This document shows, one piece after another, positions 1 to 10,082 of a stretch of DNA of 64,000 nt. The notes beneath the pieces are model-generated. The model was not told the DNA's origin. It was given only the letters and a program-made list of their open reading frames with translations, and ran no database searches. The position numbers and the translations under genes were made by a program. Each line of letters opens with the position of its first letter. The stretch's first letter is position 1. The stretch is from an uncultured candidate division Zixibacteria bacterium (GTDB taxonomy: Bacteria > Zixibacteria > MSB-5A5 > GN15 > FEB-12), in the NCBI GenBank assembly GCA_963806185.1, contig CAWDXE010000007.1, positions 960,001 to 1,024,000 on the forward strand, read 5' to 3'.

Positions 1-2033
1 GTGGTCGGATTGAACGGGTTCGGGTAGTTGGCAAAAACCTCGGTGGTGGCGGGCAGCGAAAGGTCGGTTGCTGAGCCGGAGCCACTCAGAGCGGCCAACA
101 GTGCCTGCTTCCCGGCCGACTCGGGGCAATTGACGAGAGCCGATAGCATTTGTCCCACGCGAATCTGGTTATTCATTCCGGCGGTGGAATCACCGGCAAG
201 AGGATCCGATCCCGGGTTGTCACTCCGTCTCCATCCAAAATGCTCACTGATAGGGCAGATGTCGTCGAGGTCAATCGTTCCCGACCCGTCAGCGTCGGCA
301 TACGTCATTGCCACTTTTCCCCAGCGATGGGCCGGTTCTGCGGCCGGGTCTGCCCCGCCCAGAGTCTGGCGAGCAGGGCCATCCTTCCCAAAATAAGCGC
401 CGATGGGCAGGATGTCGCGCTCGTCGACGACACCGTTGTCATCCAAATCACCCGGATAGACGATCGGGCCGGTGAATACGGTGCCGACGTAACTGGTGGT
501 CAGGATTTCCTCTGTGTGGCTTGTTAGTCCGGCTGAGACGAGGATATTGATCGTATCGTTGGGAAAGTGCCTGCCGTGCGCCTGTGTCACAATGAGCGAC
601 CGGCTTGCGGGATCGTAGGCGTATAGCATCTGGCCAATGCGACGGCTCGTGATCAGCACATGGGAGGCGAGGCTCTGCTCATTAAGCGCATGGCTAAAGG
701 TGAGGATAATTGGATCGGTAACGAGTATGTCGCCGAACGGGCTGGGCGGGGAGCAGGCGGCGCACGAGGTAACAGACATCGGCGTGGCGGGATCGACAGA
801 AACTGTGAACATGGTCCCAACCACCGCGAAGCCGTCGGTCGCGGTTACCACGATTCTGTGGTCACCCGCCTGGCCGGCTGTCGGAGAGAATGAAAATGAG
901 CCAGTGCCGTTTTCGTGATCCTCGAAAGAAGCATTGGCGGGCAGGTTGGCCATAGTAATGATCACCAGGTCACCATCGGGATCGGATGTGGTCACATCAA
1001 AGGCAAGGGTCTTGAGAGCAGAGACGTAGCGTTGAGTGACTCCTACGAGTTCCGGAGGACGATTGGTATTGGTGACCGTAATGGTGATCGTGGTCTCACT
1101 CTGGAGCAGGCCATCGCTCGCATGAAAAGTGGTATGGTATGTTCGCGCGGCGGCATAGCCGATTTCCCACTGAAAGAGGGCGGTCCCGTTGCCATAGTCA
1201 ACAAAGGTGGCTCCTGGTGGCATGTCAGTGACGCCCAGCGTCGGAATAGTCCCGTCCGGATCGGTAGCGTAGACCGAAAAGATAAGCGAGCTGCCTTCGG
1301 CGGCCGACTGACTGTCGACATGAGCGAGCTGCGGCGGGCGGTTGTCGGAGCGGACGGCTGTATTGATGGCGACGGCTGTCGTTTCCGTCGCGGCGTTGTA
1401 GGCGAATTGAATCGACGCCTCGAGCTGAGCGTCGGAGACGAAGACCCCTCCCTTGTTGATTACCACCGGGAAGTGAAGTGAATCGCCGGGCCAGATCAGG
1501 GCCAGCGACGGAGGGTCGACGGCGAGCCAGTCGGTTTGTGGGTAAGTCGATTTGGTGACTCGGGACGAATTTAACAGCACCAGTGCTTCACCCGTGTTGA
1601 AAAGCCACACGTCGACAGCGCGCTCCTGACCATAGAGGGCGAAATGATCAGTCGAATCGATTGTCGCGGGTCGAATGGTGAGCACACCGGCAAGGAATGA
1701 GAACCGATCAGAAACATCGGTGGCGGATCCGGATACGTCCGAGACGCGCACCCGGCAGGCAGGCGCGGTGATATACGGAATGAGACACGAGTACTGCCCG
1801 TCGTTGTACAGAAGGGTAGCGAGTCGACGCCAGGTCGCACCGTCGTCTGAAGAGAGGTCGACATTGACAAAAGGGATTTCCCCATCGGAAGTCCAGGTGA
1901 TGTACAGAGGTGTGCCCGCCTTGATGACGGTTCCGGCAGCCGGAGATTCAATGGCGATAGAGTTGGCCGAAGCCAATCCGGGAACGCTCAAACAGAGCGC
2001 AAGAAGCAGGAGCAATTTAGATAACAGATTCAT
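1..2033 (-). CDS. Large secreted multidomain protein (Ig-like domains, dockerin-like Ca-binding pair, C-terminal YPNPFNP/T9SS-CTD/FlgD-like domain); runs off the window edge
   Basis: Not in the ORF track because its stop lies outside the window. ATG at 2033 with GAGGTGA RBS and signal peptide MNLLSKLLLLLALCLSVPGLASA. The same frame carries GDLDDNGVVDERD...DADGSGTIDLDD and ANYPNPFNPTT at the window edge. Confidence 0.8.
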   Translation of the reverse strand, partial: MNLLSKLLLLLALCLSVPGLASANSIAIESPAAGTVIKAGTPLYITWTSDGEIPFVNVDLSSDDGATWRRLATLLYNDGQYSCLIPYITAPACRVRVSDVSGSATDVSDRFSFLAGVLTIRPATIDSTDHFALYGQERAVDVWLFNTGEALVLLNSSRVTKSTYPQTDWLAVDPPSLALIWPGDSLHFPVVINKGGVFVSDAQLEASIQFAYNAATETTAVAINTAVRSDNRPPQLAHVDSQSAAEGSSLIFSVYATDPDGTIPTLGVTDMPPGATFVDYGNGTALFQWEIGYAAARTYHTTFHASDGLLQSETTITITVTNTNRPPELVGVTQRYVSALKTLAFDVTTSDPDGDLVIITMANLPANASFEDHENGTGSFSFSPTAGQAGDHRIVVTATDGFAVVGTMFTVSVDPATPMSVTSCAACSPPSPFGDILVTDPIILTFSHALNEQSLASHVLITSRRIGQMLYAYDPASRSLIVTQAHGRHFPNDTINILVSAGLTSHTEEILTTSYVGTVFTGPIVYPGDLDDNGVVDERDILPIGAYFGKDGPARQTLGGADPAAEPAHRWGKVAMTYADADGSGTIDLDDICPISEHFGWRRSDNPGSDPLAGDSTAGMNNQIRVGQMLSALVNCPESAGKQALLAALSGSGSATDLSLPATTEVFANYPNPFNPT

Positions 2034-2198
2034 GCAGTCACCTCATCCCCCGTCCTCCTCGGTTGCGACATGACCATGATCTGCTCAACGCGACAGATGT
2101 ACATCGAATATACCTAATAAAGAAGCTCTGTCAATCCGTAGATTGGATGACAGAGCTTGTGAGTTCATAAATCGGAGACCTATTTTTGCACAGTCAGA

Positions 2199-2717
2199 TC
2201 ACGGCATGAGCAGGATAGTTTCTTTGACCTGGGCGTCCATCGGTTGGTTGGCCGGGATAACCCCTTGCCCCCCTTTGATGAGCAAACCAAAGCCGAGAAT
2301 GAAGGAAATAATCTTCTTGTTGCCGCCCTTGGCCACGAGTGGACCGTCGGGTCCGGCCAGCGCAAGCTTACGGTTGTCGGGGGAGTTGTAGAAACCCTTC
2401 GCGTCGAGTTCACCGAGTTCGACCTCGATAGAGCCGGGCTTGCCGGGCTTGCCCGCGGGCTGGACCTTTTTCACCGTAGCCGTGCCGGTGGCTCCTGCCT
2501 TGACGACCGAAATGCCGCCGACAACGATAGAATCAACCAATTTGATCGGGACCTTGTCGCCGACCTTGGCACTGCCGGATGAGACCTTTTCTGTGAAGGC
2601 GACGCGGACCTTGGTGCCGGCGGGCACTTGCACCTGAGCGAAGCCAAGCGCAGTCAGCGCGAATAGCGCAACCAAGATCAGGATGAACATCTGTGCGGAG
2701 CGATAACGTATAGCCAT
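2199..2717 (-). CDS. Exported VirB10/TrbI-like beta-domain protein, last gene of the T6SS operon
   Basis: Signal peptide (ALTALGFAQ), then VPAGTKVRV...SS..AKVGD.V...G...GS pattern, a hydrophobic Gly-flanked segment IISFILGFGLLIKGG and a closing IPAN motif, as in TrbI-like proteins; GGAGG RBS. Confidence 0.6.
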   Translation of the reverse strand: MAIRYRSAQMFILILVALFALTALGFAQVQVPAGTKVRVAFTEKVSSGSAKVGDKVPIKLVDSIVVGGISVVKAGATGTATVKKVQPAGKPGKPGSIEVELGELDAKGFYNSPDNRKLALAGPDGPLVAKGGNKKIISFILGFGLLIKGGQGVIPANQPMDAQVKETILLMP

Positions 2718-2737
2718 GTCGTGACCTCCTGTCGGAA

Positions 2738-4972
2738 CTATTGAATAACGGGCAGAATATCAATCAATTTCTTGTCGAATACGATGGTAACGGACTGCGA
2801 ACCTATGGTCAGCGTTCCTTCCATTTCGAAGAGAGCGAAATCACTATTCAGGATTCTTTTGACTTCGCTTCGCTCGCCCCAGTATTCGTCTTTGCCGTCG
2901 TGATTGTCAGGGTCGAGAGCAATGTGAATCTCATCCCCCGCCTTCCACTTGAGGACGTACGGCTTAGGGAACGTGGAAGTGACAGTCTGCCCCCTGACCC
3001 AGGCGTCGGGTCGCCCCGGTTCTTTCACCATGATGTGCAAGTGGTGACCGGCCGGAATGTTGGTGGCGCGGTAGGCATAGTCGCCGCGCTTTGAGAAAGC
3101 TTCAATTCCCTGGACGTAACGATCAATCTTGGAAATCGCGTTGGCATTATTGGCTGGGTCGACACTCAGCGTCTGACGGGCCTCTTTCAGTTCCCGGACA
3201 GCGCCTTTGACGCGGTACATGAGATCAGTGCTGGCGTTGATGCGGTCGAACAAGCCGCCGATTTCAGAGCCAAGCTGACCGGCTTCCTTGCGCGTCTGCT
3301 GGACGACGGTTTTGGCTTGTACAACCTGTCCCAGGCCGCTGAAAGCCTCGACCAGAGCCGGACCCATTTGCGCCTTGTCCTGAGCGACGCGGTCGCGCAT
3401 CTGCTTGAGCAGTTCGGGATCATCGGGGGCGAAGATCATGCTGCGGAATTTCTGCCACATCCAGACGGCGCGGTCGGCGTCGGTCTTAAGTGTGGAATTC
3501 TCCGGGGCCGCTGAAGCAATGGACTGGAAATTGTCGCCCACTTTGACAAATTCGGAAGCGTCGAGATCGTCGACAAACAACGAATCGCCGCCATCTACTT
3601 TCCGAGACGGCCAGAGGGCGGTGTCGCGAACGATGCCGGTGAATTTGTCGAGCGAGACCTTCAGTTCGCGTTCGAGATCATCCACAGAGGCGGAGGTGTA
3701 TTTGCGATAGATGTCCTGCGCCACGAGGGCGTAGCCGGGGAAGAACTGCTTAACAACGAACGATTTTGAGTACCGTTCGTAGGCATTCCGAATTTGATTG
3801 CGCGGCTCTTTCGGCATGGTAAAGTAATTCGCGCTCGGATAATGTTCCCGGGCCGTGTCCTCCACCCGGGTGGTGAAGGGCAATTGATACCAGAAATGGA
3901 ACATGAAGGGAATCGAGTAGACGATGATCCAGATGGCGGCGACGATCGAGGTCCATTTGGCGACCGTGCGAAACCGGCTGATCGATTTGTTGCGGGCGAT
4001 AGCCTGGAGAATCCAATAGAACGGGGCTTTCACGCCGATGGGCGTAAGTTTGTCCGGCGGACGGTACTTGGAATGACCGACGTCGGAGCCAATTTTGATC
4101 GGCGGCTGGCCGGTGGCCGAGACGAAGAAGATCTGGAAATCCAGGGTCCGTCCCAGCACGACGCGCAGGAGTTCGCGCGATTTTACGAGGATGTCGCGGA
4201 CTTCACCCGCCCAGGTCTGGTTGCGCGTGAGCGCGGGTTCGGTCATGACCTTGGCGACGAAGGTGTCAAAGTCTTCCGAGATGGCGTGCTCATTTTCCGG
4301 AGTAAGCAGAGTGATCTGCGCCTCGTCGCCAAAGCCGGCGAGCGTGTCGGATTTGGTGACCATCAGAGCGATCGGGATAGGAATTCGTCCCTGATGCGGG
4401 GCGATGCGCTCAAGGATGGTGACGAAGGTCTCCACGCGCGAGCGGCAGCCCAGTTCATCGAAGCGCAGTTTGGGATCGAAGACAAAGATCAGGGCGTCAC
4501 AATTGCAGAAGAAGTCGATAGCCTTTTCGCGCTGTTCCGGATTGCCGCCGAGCGACAGGATTTCGCCGGGGAAATCATAGCAGACGACCGGCACCTTGGC
4601 GCTGCCGTTGAGAATCGCCGTGAAGCGCAGGATCAGATCATGCATGGTGGCGTCCGGGAACGATTTATCACCCATGCGTTCAAAGCGAGTGCCGGGACCC
4701 TCGCTGACGGCCCGGCCGGTGATGGCGCGGGTGTTCTTGACCAGTTCGTTGGAAGTGGCCGTGTCGGAAACAGACAGTTGCAGTTCGCCGGCGAAGCGAG
4801 ACTCCTCGTACAGCACGGTGTAGAGAACGGTCTTACCGGTATAGCCGTGGCCGACGATGCCGATCTTGATGCCGGAGGGCCACTGCGTGGTAACCGCTGG
4901 TTTGCCGCCCTTCTTCCCTGAAGCGGCAAGCTTTGCTTTCTTTGAACCTAAGATCAGACTCGAAATATCCAC
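2738..4972 (-). CDS. P-loop GTPase domain + transmembrane helix + periplasmic region; TssM/IcmF-like membrane complex protein (putative)
   Basis: G1 GHGYTGKT, G3 YDFPGE, G4 TKSD(TLAGF), G5-like VSATG; TM WTSIVAAIWIIVYSIPFMFHFW; then a long helical region and a beta-rich C-terminus. Confidence 0.7.
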   Translation of the reverse strand: MDISSLILGSKKAKLAASGKKGGKPAVTTQWPSGIKIGIVGHGYTGKTVLYTVLYEESRFAGELQLSVSDTATSNELVKNTRAITGRAVSEGPGTRFERMGDKSFPDATMHDLILRFTAILNGSAKVPVVCYDFPGEILSLGGNPEQREKAIDFFCNCDALIFVFDPKLRFDELGCRSRVETFVTILERIAPHQGRIPIPIALMVTKSDTLAGFGDEAQITLLTPENEHAISEDFDTFVAKVMTEPALTRNQTWAGEVRDILVKSRELLRVVLGRTLDFQIFFVSATGQPPIKIGSDVGHSKYRPPDKLTPIGVKAPFYWILQAIARNKSISRFRTVAKWTSIVAAIWIIVYSIPFMFHFWYQLPFTTRVEDTAREHYPSANYFTMPKEPRNQIRNAYERYSKSFVVKQFFPGYALVAQDIYRKYTSASVDDLERELKVSLDKFTGIVRDTALWPSRKVDGGDSLFVDDLDASEFVKVGDNFQSIASAAPENSTLKTDADRAVWMWQKFRSMIFAPDDPELLKQMRDRVAQDKAQMGPALVEAFSGLGQVVQAKTVVQQTRKEAGQLGSEIGGLFDRINASTDLMYRVKGAVRELKEARQTLSVDPANNANAISKIDRYVQGIEAFSKRGDYAYRATNIPAGHHLHIMVKEPGRPDAWVRGQTVTSTFPKPYVLKWKAGDEIHIALDPDNHDGKDEYWGERSEVKRILNSDFALFEMEGTLTIGSQSVTIVFDKKLIDILPVIQ

Positions 4973-5006
4973 TGATGTATCCTACTAAGTTGCCCGGAAT
5001 CGATGG

Positions 5007-5957
5007 TCAGCGCGAGCCGGCATCGGTCTTAACCGCAGGTGAATTATTCGCGGGCGACGTTACGTACTCTTCCTGAAATTCCTGCAATTTGTGTTGCGTG
5101 TGTGACGACCAGAGTTTGGGCACCAGAATTGCCAGCGCTATGCTGACAATGATGATCCCGGCATACAACCCGTAAGCCGCTTTGCGCTGGGTCATGGTTA
5201 GCCAGAAATACCGATTACTCGAGAACGAACCCCGGAATTTGCGGCCCATTCCCGAAAATGAGGCTTTGACGCGGTCCCAGAATCCTATCTCAGTGACATA
5301 TCCCCATTCGCCAAAGTACAGGGCGGCCAGTTTGTCGATCTTGCTTTGCTTGTCGAAATACCCCAATTTCTGCAGAGTATACTCGAGAGAATTGCGGTCG
5401 CGCAGCAATTCGTTGCCGAATTCGAGCCGACGCCTGCCGAGTTCGAGTAACTGGTGTGGAAGCGACATCGCCTGCAAGGCCTCGGGCGACAGTCCGGCGT
5501 CAATTGGTGAGCCAAACTTGCTGGCGAAACGGGCGATTTCTCCCAGAAAGAAGACGTGCAGTCGGAAGTTGCCGTTCAGGGAGCCGGTCTGGAACAACTT
5601 CGGCACAAGGTGGTTGGCCATGTACGCAATGTCCTGCTTAATGGGACGGACACCACGACAATATGGGTACGCACGGTTATTCTGACCTTCGACTACAGCT
5701 ACGGACTCGAAATAGGAGACCAGAATCTGAACGGATAACTCACGCAGATCGGACGAATTCAGCGGTTGGGTCTTGATCTTTTCAAACAAGAGCGAGTCGA
5801 CCTCGACCGCCTTCTCCTTCTGGTGCCGCAGGGTGCCGAAAACGGCATAGATGCCATTATATGTTTGAAGAAAAGCCTCGGTCTCGAACTGAGCGTACTT
5901 GGTTTCGTACGTCTCGAGATAGGCGAAGAGGTCATTGATATAGTTCAGTGCGTCCAT
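5007..5957 (-). CDS. Helical cytoplasmic protein with C-terminal TM anchor (TssL/DotU-like topology)
   Basis: 316 aa with a single TM (AYGLYAGIIIVSIALAILVP) near the C-terminus, directly downstream of tssK. Sequence homology to TssL is not evident by eye. Confidence 0.55.
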   Translation of the reverse strand: MDALNYINDLFAYLETYETKYAQFETEAFLQTYNGIYAVFGTLRHQKEKAVEVDSLLFEKIKTQPLNSSDLRELSVQILVSYFESVAVVEGQNNRAYPYCRGVRPIKQDIAYMANHLVPKLFQTGSLNGNFRLHVFFLGEIARFASKFGSPIDAGLSPEALQAMSLPHQLLELGRRRLEFGNELLRDRNSLEYTLQKLGYFDKQSKIDKLAALYFGEWGYVTEIGFWDRVKASFSGMGRKFRGSFSSNRYFWLTMTQRKAAYGLYAGIIIVSIALAILVPKLWSSHTQHKLQEFQEEYVTSPANNSPAVKTDAGSR

Positions 5958-5981
5958 GCCAGCTGGTCCTTAACTATCAAC

Positions 5982-7419
5982 TCACACCGTGTAAACCGAG
6001 AGATCCGACTTGCGCATAGCCGACAATTTATCGGCAATAGCGGCGCCGGAAACAATCAACGTGAAGCGCCGAGCCGACGGGTGGCGATCCATACCGTCGG
6101 GCCTGAGCACAACTTTGCTGCCATACGAGACCGAGTCGATGACCACCGGGTCGACTTGCCCGAGGCCGGTGGACTTCGTTGATACCGAACTTGGCGCGCA
6201 TGCCGGACCACTCTCCAGCCGAGAGCAGTTCCTTGGCTACAAATACCAGTGCATCGGATACGGCCATCGGTTGGGCGAGATTGATCGATAAGTAGGTCAA
6301 TTCGCCGATCCGTTCCACTTTGTGCTCGCCGAACGCGGCCAGACGATAGGTGCGACCGTTGTAGGTGAGCGTTTCTTCGACAACGGCCCCGCGGTCGAGC
6401 TTGACCGGATCTTCCTGAGCCAGGAAACCGAGCACGCCGCGTAGTCGAGCCAGGATGTCGTCGATAGCTGCGAGCCCTAATGCTATTTGACGATGATCAT
6501 AGTCGGCCAACAGGAAAGTGTCGACGGCGGCCTCGAACGTGCGAACGTCGCCTTCCCCCTGCCGCGAGAAAAACTTCTCGTTGAGGTGGTCGCGCAATCT
6601 GGGCTGGAGCAAGAGGGCAGTGCGATAGAGACGGAAGAGCCTCTTGAGGAGAGCGACCATTTCGGCCGGATGCCCGGCGTTGCGCGTGGTGATCAAGCTG
6701 TCGGCGAACGCGGCGGTATGAGTGGCGCAGGCGAACAGCGCCTCGCGGACGGCCATTTGCAACTCGGAATCGGCAGGAGCCGCCGCAACCTTCTGATAGC
6801 CGGTGGCCGCTAATTTGAGAAGATTCTCTATGCGATTGCGGAATTCCTGAGCCTTGGCCATGAGTCGGGCGTCAGCCGACAAGGAGAGGCACGGAGGAAT
6901 ATAGCGATCTGAAATAGCTACCGAACCGCCGGCGACATTGATCTCGGCGACTTGCAGATAGTGTCCAACCGGAAGATCGGGTGGCTGACTCAAATGAAGT
7001 CGGTAATCAAAGGCGCGATACGGCGGCCTTGGAATATCTTCTCCGGGATCCGGCTGGCCCGCCTCACGTTTCGCCTGAGGCGACAGGCTGATATAGACCG
7101 GTACAGCGGCGTCGGACACTCGAGTATCGGCCTTCACCACGGGTTCGGTGGCGGGGTTGATTTCAACCACGCAGTAATCGGATGTAAGGGCCTGACAGCG
7201 CACTACCTGAACGGCCAGCGTAGAGCCGCTGAGGCTCAAGTGGAGGCTGAGCGAGGGCTCGCCGGAGGACGATTTGGCCGCCAGACCGTAATAGTCCCCT
7301 CCGCGCAGCGCATACCAGCGCACGAGGTTCTCAAAGTAAGCTTCCTGGTCGCGAAGGTGCTGCTCGCTCATGAGCATACCATCCTGCCAGTTTACAGAAA
7401 GAAGTCGAAATTCACTCAT
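5982..7419 (-). CDS. tssK: T6SS baseplate subunit TssK (apparent +1 frameshift near 6175)
   Basis: N-terminal VNWQDGMLMSEQHLRDQE, VVRCQALT and YIPPCLSL motifs. After ~6175 the alternative frame reads STGLGQVDPVVIDSVSYG...YTV* to a stop at 5982. Confidence 0.8.
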
Positions 7420-7479
7420 CGGAAACGTCACATGCGTTAAATGTTCAGTCCGCAATCTACGGACAGTTTATGGTCGGTG

Positions 7480-8433
7480 TCAAGACACCTTTGCCCGCAT
7501 CTGTCTATCGTTCTTTGTTTTGGCCAAACGGGCAGTATAGCCCAGACGATTGAGTCGATTTGGACCGGCGAGCCGACCGGCCGTAGGTAGACTGGCCACC
7601 CGCACGCGGCAGTTCATCCCCGCAGGCAGACAGACAGACAGCACCTCGTCCACCTTCCTCCGCAGGGGGTGGTTTGGCAGGAGGTCGGCAACCTGGTTCG
7701 GTGGGACATCGTGCACCGTCACCTCAAGAGAGGTATCGCACTCTGAGAAACTATTGCCCAGCACAGATTCGTGCCCCAGCGTATTCTGGTTCTGACCGAG
7801 TCTCCAGCGGAGTGCCTCAGGAGTCTCATGTCGGCTTTCAACGTTTTCCTGTATGGTAAAGCGAAAGCCAAAAAGGGCCTGGAGAAATCGTTCGACAAAG
7901 CGGGGGTTACCGCCCCAGTGGTAGAAGCCGGGCATAGACTCGGCCCAGACGCGCAGAGCATTGAGATCGGATTCCCCGACAGCGGATTGGTCAAACAACT
8001 GCAAGTAACGGGTCAAGTGGTGCTCGGACAGGATGCTGAAATTATAGGCCAGCGGCACGAGGACTGCCATCGCCTCAGCGTGCATAACCGCGGCGTCGAA
8101 GGGCGCCATGAAGCGGCGGGCATTATCTTCCCACTCGCCGGTACGATCGATATTGCCGGCCAGACCGTAGAAAAATTGGTACGGGAGAATATCAACGGCA
8201 CTGGCGAAGCCAACGTTTAGCGTAATGATCGAACTCGGGTAAAGCTCGGCACCCGGCGGTGGGTCCTGTTCCTGGATTTCACCACGGTAGTTGCCGGAGC
8301 TGCCCACAGCCAGGAATTGCATCTGGTGTGCCTCGACACCCAGTCGCTCCAGGATGATCAAGGCGACGGGTAGCGTGACAGGAGCACGTCGGTTTGAAAG
8401 ATTGGGCATGAGTTGCAGGCTCACCGGGCTCAT
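7480..8433 (-). CDS. tssG: T6SS baseplate subunit TssG with N-terminal PASTA-like domain
   Basis: ARRFMAPFD, WGGNPRFVERFLQALFG and LG.ESVLGNSF motifs; located after tssF with an ATGA overlap. Confidence 0.75.
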   Translation of the reverse strand: MSPVSLQLMPNLSNRRAPVTLPVALIILERLGVEAHQMQFLAVGSSGNYRGEIQEQDPPPGAELYPSSIITLNVGFASAVDILPYQFFYGLAGNIDRTGEWEDNARRFMAPFDAAVMHAEAMAVLVPLAYNFSILSEHHLTRYLQLFDQSAVGESDLNALRVWAESMPGFYHWGGNPRFVERFLQALFGFRFTIQENVESRHETPEALRWRLGQNQNTLGHESVLGNSFSECDTSLEVTVHDVPPNQVADLLPNHPLRRKVDEVLSVCLPAGMNCRVRVASLPTAGRLAGPNRLNRLGYTARLAKTKNDRQMRAKVS

Positions 8434-10079
8434 CGAGTTATCACTTCCACCTTGTATCGAGTATTGACGGCGGATCGAGCGGTGAGGAATCTCATCAGAC
8501 GATCGCGCGTCAGTTCAAGTTCCACTTCGGAGAGAAAATCATCCGCCTTGACATGGGCCTCCACCACAAGACACCGGCGCATACCGCGCTCGCCGCGTTC
8601 CACTCCCGGCCGGCAGTTGACTCTGGAGATTCGGGGATCAAAAGACGCGGTCCAGCGCTGAATGTCGGCGAAGGAGAGGGCGCGATCGCGCCCGCGCAGG
8701 CGAGCGGCAACTTCGGCCATCAATTGTTCTTCGTTGCGAGCCGGGACGGCTCCTTTAGACGGAAGCAGATTGGCCACGCTGGTGATACCGGGGTGAGGTG
8801 TGAACATCTCGTTTATTTTGCCGGGATCGATACCGTTGGCTTTGGGGCCAAGGGTCACACCGTAGAAGACGGTCAGTGATTCAGGGATGACATCGGCGGT
8901 CGGCGGAATCTCAATCCAGACGACGATGTGGTCTCTCCGTTCCTCCGTTGAGTACGTGTACATCTCCGGAAGAGACGAGTAGTGGCTACGCGTGCCGTAT
9001 TCGGTGCCTCGGGAGTCGACGACCCGGGAGATGCCGAGGACCTGTTCTGAGGGCTCAGGAAGTTCCATCTCAATGACGCGATTGGTGCCGGTGTGCTTGA
9101 ACAACGAGAGTTCATCCTTGTTGACGACGACGCAGCAATCAGTAAGCAATCGAGGCGTTTCGGCCAGGGCGCGGCGGTCGCCGCCAGCCGGCAGGTCAAT
9201 GCGCAGCCAGAAGAGCTTCTCGGCATCGTAGGGCATGGCAATACCTCTACGGGCGAGTTCTTCGCGAGTGTCTTCAGATATTTGGGATGGATCCCATTTT
9301 TCCACAAAGGATTCCGGGAGCCCGAGAAACTGTTCCTGCAGAATAGCGAACAGGTCATTGGTCGAGCGGAAGCCGCCCCACTGGCGGTCGATCAGCTCGT
9401 CCTTCAATTCTGCATTGCGAGAACCCGGACAGAAGCCGAATTCCTCGCGGAACCGCCCGGTGGCATCCGCGGGCAACCAGTTTCCCCAGATGATCTGTTT
9501 GGTGGCTTGAGGTTGGCCGTGAACAAACATCTGCGCTCCGGCCAACTGATGCGGGCGGCCATCGAAAGCCAGCCCAACCAGCAGGAAGCCCTGTCCCCGT
9601 CCGGGGATTTTGGCAGCCGTGGTCGAAGAAGCCAGCAGGTCGACTGCGACCTGATCGACGACGGCAAACATCTGGCGAACGGTCGTCTTGCAGAGACGTT
9701 CCGGCTTGAAAGCGGAGAAGTAGAAGGTATTCCCCCCGCGCCGCTTTTCCTGGTAGGAGAACTTGGTATTGACGTCGATCTCAACTACCGGGTCCAGGAG
9801 TTGACACTGCAGTACGGAGAAGGCGGGAACCGGCCAGCGGCTGATTTCGGGATACATCGACTGGATGAGCGCCTTGGTGGCGCGATCCCAGACCTCTTCA
9901 ACTCGTTTCTCGATTGTGGAAAGCTGATAGGCGTAGAGCTGCATCAGCATGCGCAGGACCGGGTCCAGTCGTTCGGCCGATTCCGGTGTTTCCGGATTCA
10001 TTCGCCGAAGCTGCCGGTGCATTTCGCGGAAGATTTCGTCGTGGGCTCTCGCCCGTCCTTCAATAGGTGTGCCCGCCAT
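8430..10079 (-). CDS. tssF: T6SS baseplate subunit TssF (T6SS-iii type)
   Basis: DPVLRMLMQLYAYQL...P...RWPVPAFSVLQ N-terminus and LRGRDRALSFADI C-terminal motif. Confidence 0.85.
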   Translation of the reverse strand: MAGTPIEGRARAHDEIFREMHRQLRRMNPETPESAERLDPVLRMLMQLYAYQLSTIEKRVEEVWDRATKALIQSMYPEISRWPVPAFSVLQCQLLDPVVEIDVNTKFSYQEKRRGGNTFYFSAFKPERLCKTTVRQMFAVVDQVAVDLLASSTTAAKIPGRGQGFLLVGLAFDGRPHQLAGAQMFVHGQPQATKQIIWGNWLPADATGRFREEFGFCPGSRNAELKDELIDRQWGGFRSTNDLFAILQEQFLGLPESFVEKWDPSQISEDTREELARRGIAMPYDAEKLFWLRIDLPAGGDRRALAETPRLLTDCCVVVNKDELSLFKHTGTNRVIEMELPEPSEQVLGISRVVDSRGTEYGTRSHYSSLPEMYTYSTEERRDHIVVWIEIPPTADVIPESLTVFYGVTLGPKANGIDPGKINEMFTPHPGITSVANLLPSKGAVPARNEEQLMAEVAARLRGRDRALSFADIQRWTASFDPRISRVNCRPGVERGERGMRRCLVVEAHVKADDFLSEVELELTRDRLMRFLTARSAVNTRYKVEVITR

Positions 10080-10082
10080 AGT

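Noticed and set aside
2081..2096. SOS-box-like CTGCTCAACGCGACAG upstream of the left-edge secreted protein
   Set aside because: Lacks the inner TG of the consensus and the gene is an unlikely SOS target; cannot be supported without a genome-wide matrix.
7433..7448. SOS-box-like CTGAACATTTAACGCA upstream of tssK
   Set aside because: Only the first 10 nt match the imuA site, the TGAGCAG half is missing and no clear promoter accompanies it.
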